IMG/VR virus record: IMGVR_UViG_3300005805_000058
Coordinates: 26,269 to 90,268 of that record
Source of the DNA: a virus
Reading direction: 5' to 3' (one strand)
Length of the DNA stretch: 64,000 nt
The first letter of the stretch is position 1, and every line of letters begins with the position of its first letter. The translations under genes were made by a program, and so were the position numbers. Under the pieces are notes generated by a model. That model did not search any database. It was not told the origin of the DNA and saw nothing but the letters and a program-made list of their open reading frames with translations. Shown here piece after piece: positions 59,457 through 64,000 of this stretch.

Positions 59457-61754
59457 CTAAATTAATTCTTCTATTTCTGATTCTGCCACTGGAGCTACAA
59501 CCTCATCATTAAAACGAATATTGTAATGCTTCCAGTCTATGCGTTGTTTGTAATACTTGAATAGGTCACGGATTGCATCAGTCATACCATCATTTATGCT
59601 ATAACTGCTAGAAGCTTGGAATACAGAATTAATGAACGGAAGTCTTTCAAAGATGCTCTTTACATCTAAATAGAGAGGATAGATAGACATGTCAAACAAC
59701 TTGTCTGCTTCAGCCACTTCTAACATAGTTTTGTAAAGTGCATCACTTCCATTAAAATAATTCTTGCTTGAATATAGTTCAAGCATTTTCATTTTGTTGT
59801 ACAGATCAACAGAAATCTGTTCCATTCTTTCCATTTTGTTAAATACAGATCTGTAATTAGACATTAGCTCTCTAATCAAATAACCTGTCACCACTCTTCT
59901 AAATGCAATGTGTTTACCTTCCATAAATTTATCTATATGTATCCAGTTATGTAAATCAATATCCTTCAAACGGTTAAGTTCTCTTTCAGAAAACACTATA
60001 AACTTCACCTTTTTCTTTGGAAATGCTGCAAACATCAAATCAAATCTTGATGTGCTTGTAGCAGGTCCATAAACTGTCAAATAAGAAAGCTTATGTGCAT
60101 CTTTCATCTGAACTACATGAGGAACAAACTTACAATTCTGATTACCTACAGCTCTCTCTAGAGAATCAGCAAGTTTACCTGTCACTTCTCCTTCAAGTTT
60201 CTGTCTTCTTTGTTTAGGACCACCACCATTGCTACCAACTGTGGCTTTCTTCCTAGAAAGAACAAACTGCTGAGGCACTACATAATTGTCCAAATCTATG
60301 AATCTAGAAACAATGCGAGATTGCATATCCTGGAACTCCTTAATTACATTTCTCCACTCATCCTTAGAAAACTTCCAGAGCTCAAGGATTTTGTAATAGC
60401 TATCAAAACCACTAGTTCTATCTTTAGAACTACCAAGTTTGTAAGATTTCACCTTCTTTACAATATACTCAGTGTGTCCTGTCTTGTTTAGGCTCTTTAG
60501 ATATTCCTTCTTAATACCACTAAGTCTGTCTGTATAGACATACATAATCATATCTGGATGTGAAACCTTATCTGCAAGTCTTGTCCATCTACCTCCCTTA
60601 CACCATTTGCCTCTATACACTTCATTCACTATTGAATACTCACCAAGAAGATATTCCTTGAGAGTGCTATAATATTGAACAGTGTGATAATTAAGACCTT
60701 TCACTTTTGGAGAAGCAAAAGGAATTGTAGCAAATGATTTCAAATTATTGACATCAACATTACCACCATCATTAAGCTTAATATACTTGCTATGAGAACG
60801 ATAGTGATCAATAGCTTCGAGAATATTATCTGTATCCTTTACAGATTCGTTATACTTCTCTACAAAATAGTTAGCTATGTCTCTAATCTTGTTCATTATA
60901 ACAATCATAGCTTCCTTAGTGTAACGAAGAGATTCTCTGTTTGGTGTAGGAAACACACCATCAGTGAGTCCTAGTCTAATGGCAATAGGAAAACGAATTA
61001 CATCAATTCCTAACTTCTTGAAATCCAATGGATAATACACATTATCTAAACAAACATGCAAATCACCATTTGATGCAAGTTCACTAAACTGGAACAATTC
61101 ATTTCTATAAATAACGAAGTTGTTATCTATACCATCAACATTGAAATAAACATTCTCAAAGTAAGCTAGCTGTTCCCTAATCTTTGTCTGGAAAGAATAT
61201 CTATCACTCCACTTAACAGGAACAATTATCTTAACACCGTTTCTCTGTGTAGTGGGAGTTTCATAAAGAAGATCGATTGTGTTAACATCTTCTCCTTCAT
61301 ACATCATATATTTACGCTCAACACCATTCTTTCTAGCCACAAAATAGAAGCTAGAAGAATAAGCAAGTGGAGCCTTGAAACCTAAGCCCATCATACCAAG
61401 CTCGTTGGCTGAATCACGCTTGGTAGACTTACCATATTTACTAATAATGTTCTTAACATCATCAGCATCTAAACCAATACCAAAATCCTCTACAGTGAAC
61501 TCATAGTTGTTATTATCAGCAGCAATCTGAAAAGATACAACAATTGGATCTGTGGTCCCAGCTCTTCTATGACTATCCAGTGCATTTGATGCACACTCAC
61601 GGACAGTAGAGCCTATATCATCTGAATACAGATTCTTACTTAACATCTGCATCAATATCTGTGCAGAATCTAAGTCAAGGGACATACCAATTGATTCCTG
61701 TGTTTGCTCTCCTTCCTGAAGGATGTGTGATTGTGTTTGTTTTTCTAGTATCAT
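59457..61754 (-). CDS. rIIA: rIIA-like protein (GHKL ATPase N-domain)
   Basis: Motifs LYSD....VRE..SNALDSH, EDFGIG, GKSTKR, GMMGLGFK and PNRESLRY. Confidence 0.88.
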   Translation of the reverse strand: MILEKQTQSHILQEGEQTQESIGMSLDLDSAQILMQMLSKNLYSDDIGSTVRECASNALDSHRRAGTTDPIVVSFQIAADNNNYEFTVEDFGIGLDADDVKNIISKYGKSTKRDSANELGMMGLGFKAPLAYSSSFYFVARKNGVERKYMMYEGEDVNTIDLLYETPTTQRNGVKIIVPVKWSDRYSFQTKIREQLAYFENVYFNVDGIDNNFVIYRNELFQFSELASNGDLHVCLDNVYYPLDFKKLGIDVIRFPIAIRLGLTDGVFPTPNRESLRYTKEAMIVIMNKIRDIANYFVEKYNESVKDTDNILEAIDHYRSHSKYIKLNDGGNVDVNNLKSFATIPFASPKVKGLNYHTVQYYSTLKEYLLGEYSIVNEVYRGKWCKGGRWTRLADKVSHPDMIMYVYTDRLSGIKKEYLKSLNKTGHTEYIVKKVKSYKLGSSKDRTSGFDSYYKILELWKFSKDEWRNVIKEFQDMQSRIVSRFIDLDNYVVPQQFVLSRKKATVGSNGGGPKQRRQKLEGEVTGKLADSLERAVGNQNCKFVPHVVQMKDAHKLSYLTVYGPATSTSRFDLMFAAFPKKKVKFIVFSERELNRLKDIDLHNWIHIDKFMEGKHIAFRRVVTGYLIRELMSNYRSVFNKMERMEQISVDLYNKMKMLELYSSKNYFNGSDALYKTMLEVAEADKLFDMSIYPLYLDVKSIFERLPFINSVFQASSSYSINDGMTDAIRDLFKYYKQRIDWKHYNIRFNDEVVAPVAESEIEELI

Positions 61755-62068
61755 TACATTAAGTTGTAGTGTTTTAAAATATCAATTGCTTTCTCGTATT
61801 CTTGTATGTCTTCTTGGTTATATAGCACCTCTGGATTTACTTTCATCACTCTATATTTTACGTTTTCTCCATGTACATATCCTTTGTAAAACTTTGGTCT
61901 TCTATTGTTTTCCATAGCTCTATTATGCTGATAGATTATACTATTAGGCATATAGTATTGTACTGTGCCTCTACCATATCCTGCAAATAATCCAAATAGC
62001 ATACCACTTCCATAACCAACAATAATAGGATCACCTATCTTTAGTGTTCCTCCATATTTAAGTTCCAT
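61754..62068 (-). CDS. Hypothetical protein
   Basis: The ATG at 62068 (MELKYGG) is preferred; TAATG-coupled to rIIA. Confidence 0.65.
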   Translation of the reverse strand: MELKYGGTLKIGDPIIVGYGSGMLFGLFAGYGRGTVQYYMPNSIIYQHNRAMENNRRPKFYKGYVHGENVKYRVMKVNPEVLYNQEDIQEYEKAIDILKHYNLM

Positions 62069-62078
62069 GTTTTTCGAT

Positions 62079-62795
62079 TTAAAATGGCGTATCATTTAGC
62101 CATGAGATTTCAAAATTGTTATTGTCTTTTAGCACCTTGTTCACCTTTCTGAAGGTTCCTTCTGTATTCCAATCTGTGTTCTTGTAAGAAGCACTGGCTG
62201 GATGACTCACTGCAAATGTCCATGCAAAAGGATTGGTGTATTTCTTATACCTAGAAGCGTCCTTACCTAAGAAGATTATAGGAACACCGCTTGGAGAAAT
62301 AACCTCTTCAAATACATACTTGGTGAACGGTTCCCACAAATCAATATGAGAACCAGCTTTATTTGCTTCTGTTGTAAGAGCTGCGTTATACATCAGCACT
62401 CCCTGAGTTGCTAAATAGGAAACATCAGGATCTTTATGATATTTTAAGTTCAGTCCATCATAAAGCTCTTTCTCTATTCCTTCATAGAACTTATCAAGAG
62501 AGGGTTGAAGCCTGCCTGTAACTGTACATCCCATAAGAAGACCGTCTGCCACAGCTTCACCATTAACAAATGTGTGATAGGGGCACATGCCTAACATAAC
62601 AACCTTTAGGTTGTCTAAGGATGTCTCTTTGAAGCATCTAAATGTAACAGAAGAAAGAGGGGCTATTTTCTTGCCCCTCTTTGATTCCTTTTTGAGAAAT
62701 TCATAAATAGCATCACATTCAGCACTTTCTACAAATGGTCGCATTTTAACATGCCAGCTCTCGTGAAACTGATCTTTGAAGTTTTCCCATTTCAT
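62079..62795 (-). CDS. ung: Family-1 uracil-DNA glycosylase homologue with altered catalytic motif
   Basis: LKVVMLGMCPY (cf. GQDPY), ADGL, QPSL, QGVLMYN.ALT, GSH..W..FT and HPAS. Confidence 0.8.
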   Translation of the reverse strand: MKWENFKDQFHESWHVKMRPFVESAECDAIYEFLKKESKRGKKIAPLSSVTFRCFKETSLDNLKVVMLGMCPYHTFVNGEAVADGLLMGCTVTGRLQPSLDKFYEGIEKELYDGLNLKYHKDPDVSYLATQGVLMYNAALTTEANKAGSHIDLWEPFTKYVFEEVISPSGVPIIFLGKDASRYKKYTNPFAWTFAVSHPASASYKNTDWNTEGTFRKVNKVLKDNNNFEISWLNDTPF

Positions 62796-62798
62796 AAA

Positions 62799-63608
62799 TT
62801 AAAACATTTCTAATTGTGTAAAGTCTTCATCATCATTAGATAAAGCCATAAATGTATTAGCCACTAGTGCAGGAGATTCCTGTACATCTGTAAATGCTCC
62901 TGAACCATCAACAAAGAACTTGTGAGCTCTCATGTGACTACTCATCCAATCAATAGGATGTGTTTCCTTCATAGCAAATGTGGTGTAATTGTAAAGTTCC
63001 CACATGCTGTCTGGAGCCCCATAATCATGTGTTGGGGAGTTAAGCTCACGACTAATGATGTTAAGCTGTGTAGATGTAATAAACTGCTCTTCTAACATCA
63101 TTCTACCAATAAGCTCAGCTTTAGTGCGCTTGGTGAGCTCTATTTGTTTCATTTGATCACGCTCTGTCTGCATAGTGGTGAAAGCATCACCTGCAGCTTT
63201 GATATACTCAGTGATGGCATTTGGTGTGAATTGTTGAATTGAACCCTTGTGAGGCTTCTTGAATGCACCCATATCACCATGCACCATACCGTTTTGGCAA
63301 ATGAATATTCTAGCACCGATAGCAAACTTAAGACTGAGTGTCTTATTGTAGCTATTCTGCCAGCCAATTTGTAATTGCATTTCTTTATCAGCTACATTGC
63401 TGATACTAAATCTACCGTTTGCCACTTGACCACCTGCTGCACAAGAATAAATCTCCTTGTCTAAACTAAATCCAGCTTGGTGGATTGACTCTAATGTCAA
63501 ATCAATAAGCTGTTGGTGTGTAATGGGCTTGTATGTCTTTGTTTCTACAGGAACATCTGCTTTTAATAGCAATTCCCTAGTTGTGTTATAAACAACATTT
63601 TTTGTCAT
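62799..63608 (-). CDS. DUF932-like phage protein
   Basis: YKPITH, GWQNSYNK...GARIFICQNGM and WELYN..T. Confidence 0.7.
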   Translation of the reverse strand: MTKNVVYNTTRELLLKADVPVETKTYKPITHQQLIDLTLESIHQAGFSLDKEIYSCAAGGQVANGRFSISNVADKEMQLQIGWQNSYNKTLSLKFAIGARIFICQNGMVHGDMGAFKKPHKGSIQQFTPNAITEYIKAAGDAFTTMQTERDQMKQIELTKRTKAELIGRMMLEEQFITSTQLNIISRELNSPTHDYGAPDSMWELYNYTTFAMKETHPIDWMSSHMRAHKFFVDGSGAFTDVQESPALVANTFMALSNDDEDFTQLEMF

Positions 63609-63757
63609 GATTGTGATATTTTAATGTTAAAACCAAGATAGTTACTCAATATACCTTCTAAGAGCTCTATACCTATGCATTCAATCTCATCTCCTTCAGT
63701 GGTTTGTAACCACTCAGTTTCAGATTGAATAGCTTCTATAAGCTGTTGTACATTCAT
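63605..63757 (-). CDS. 50-aa acidic hypothetical protein (not in ORF track)
   Basis: MNVQQLIEAIQSETEWLQTTEGDEIECIGIESLEGILSNYLGFNIKISQS; ATGA overlaps on both sides. Confidence 0.65.
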   Translation of the reverse strand: MNVQQLIEAIQSETEWLQTTEGDEIECIGIELLEGILSNYLGFNIKISQS

Positions 63758-63915
63758 AATAAACCTTTTTTGATTAGATGTTCTTTAATGGCATCCATAC
63801 CATGTGCTTTGGCTAGATCAGCCCAATCTTTAATTCCTTCTTTTAGATACTTACGTGGAACATTAGCATACCCAAAATCAAACAGCTTTGTAATCTGCTG
63901 ACTATTCTGTACACC
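63754..63915 (-). CDS. C-terminal end of a TOPRIM DNA primase (partial)
   Basis: GVQNSQQIT..F....N.P......GIKDWADL is a primase-type KD..D terminus. The sequence further upstream does not look like primase. Confidence 0.55.
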   Translation of the reverse strand, partial: GVQNSQQITKLFDFGYANVPRKYLKEGIKDWADLAKAHGMDAIKEHLIKKGLL

Positions 63916-64000
63916 AATCACAGAACCTGCACCAATAATTAAAGGTGCAACAAAAGCACCGAGTCCGGCAGTTCCTAATCCTAATGCCCCAGCACCAAGC

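Overview
This window is part of a dsDNA phage genome, most likely Crassvirales / phi14:2-like, infecting a Bacteroidota host. The host call rests on TTTG-N19-20-TAnnTTTG promoters and the absence of obvious Shine-Dalgarno sites; the genetic code is standard. Plus strand, 1-48185: a 5'-truncated giant virion RNA polymerase (DFDID motif, zincin HEVFH); a second ejection-type protein; a 5210-aa fibre (Gly-Thr-Ser collagen-like stalk, roughly 250 NTAVG-type 14-aa repeats, S74 chaperone); a glycosyl/methyl/sulfo-transferase cluster with an apparent PAPS supply; a lysis cassette; small poly-Thr proteins; and a run of Lys-rich proteins containing a GIY-YIG gene. A four-domain glycosyltransferase lies on the minus strand at 36904-40320. 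Minus strand, 48216-64000: nucleotide metabolism, recombination and replication genes (dut, recA, nrdJ, PD-(D/E)XK and HNH nucleases, rIIA/rIIB, a Ung-like gene, a primase end). The best candidate for an undescribed system is phage-encoded virion O-glycosylation and sulfation, a 'mucin coat'. Two different protein-O-glycosyltransferase-like enzymes (TibC/Aah-like and SGT1/HPAT-like) sit beside Ser/Thr-saturated acceptors, and two of the four poly-Thr mini-proteins are truncated paralogues of structural-protein anchors. All family calls come from motif recognition only; no searches were run.
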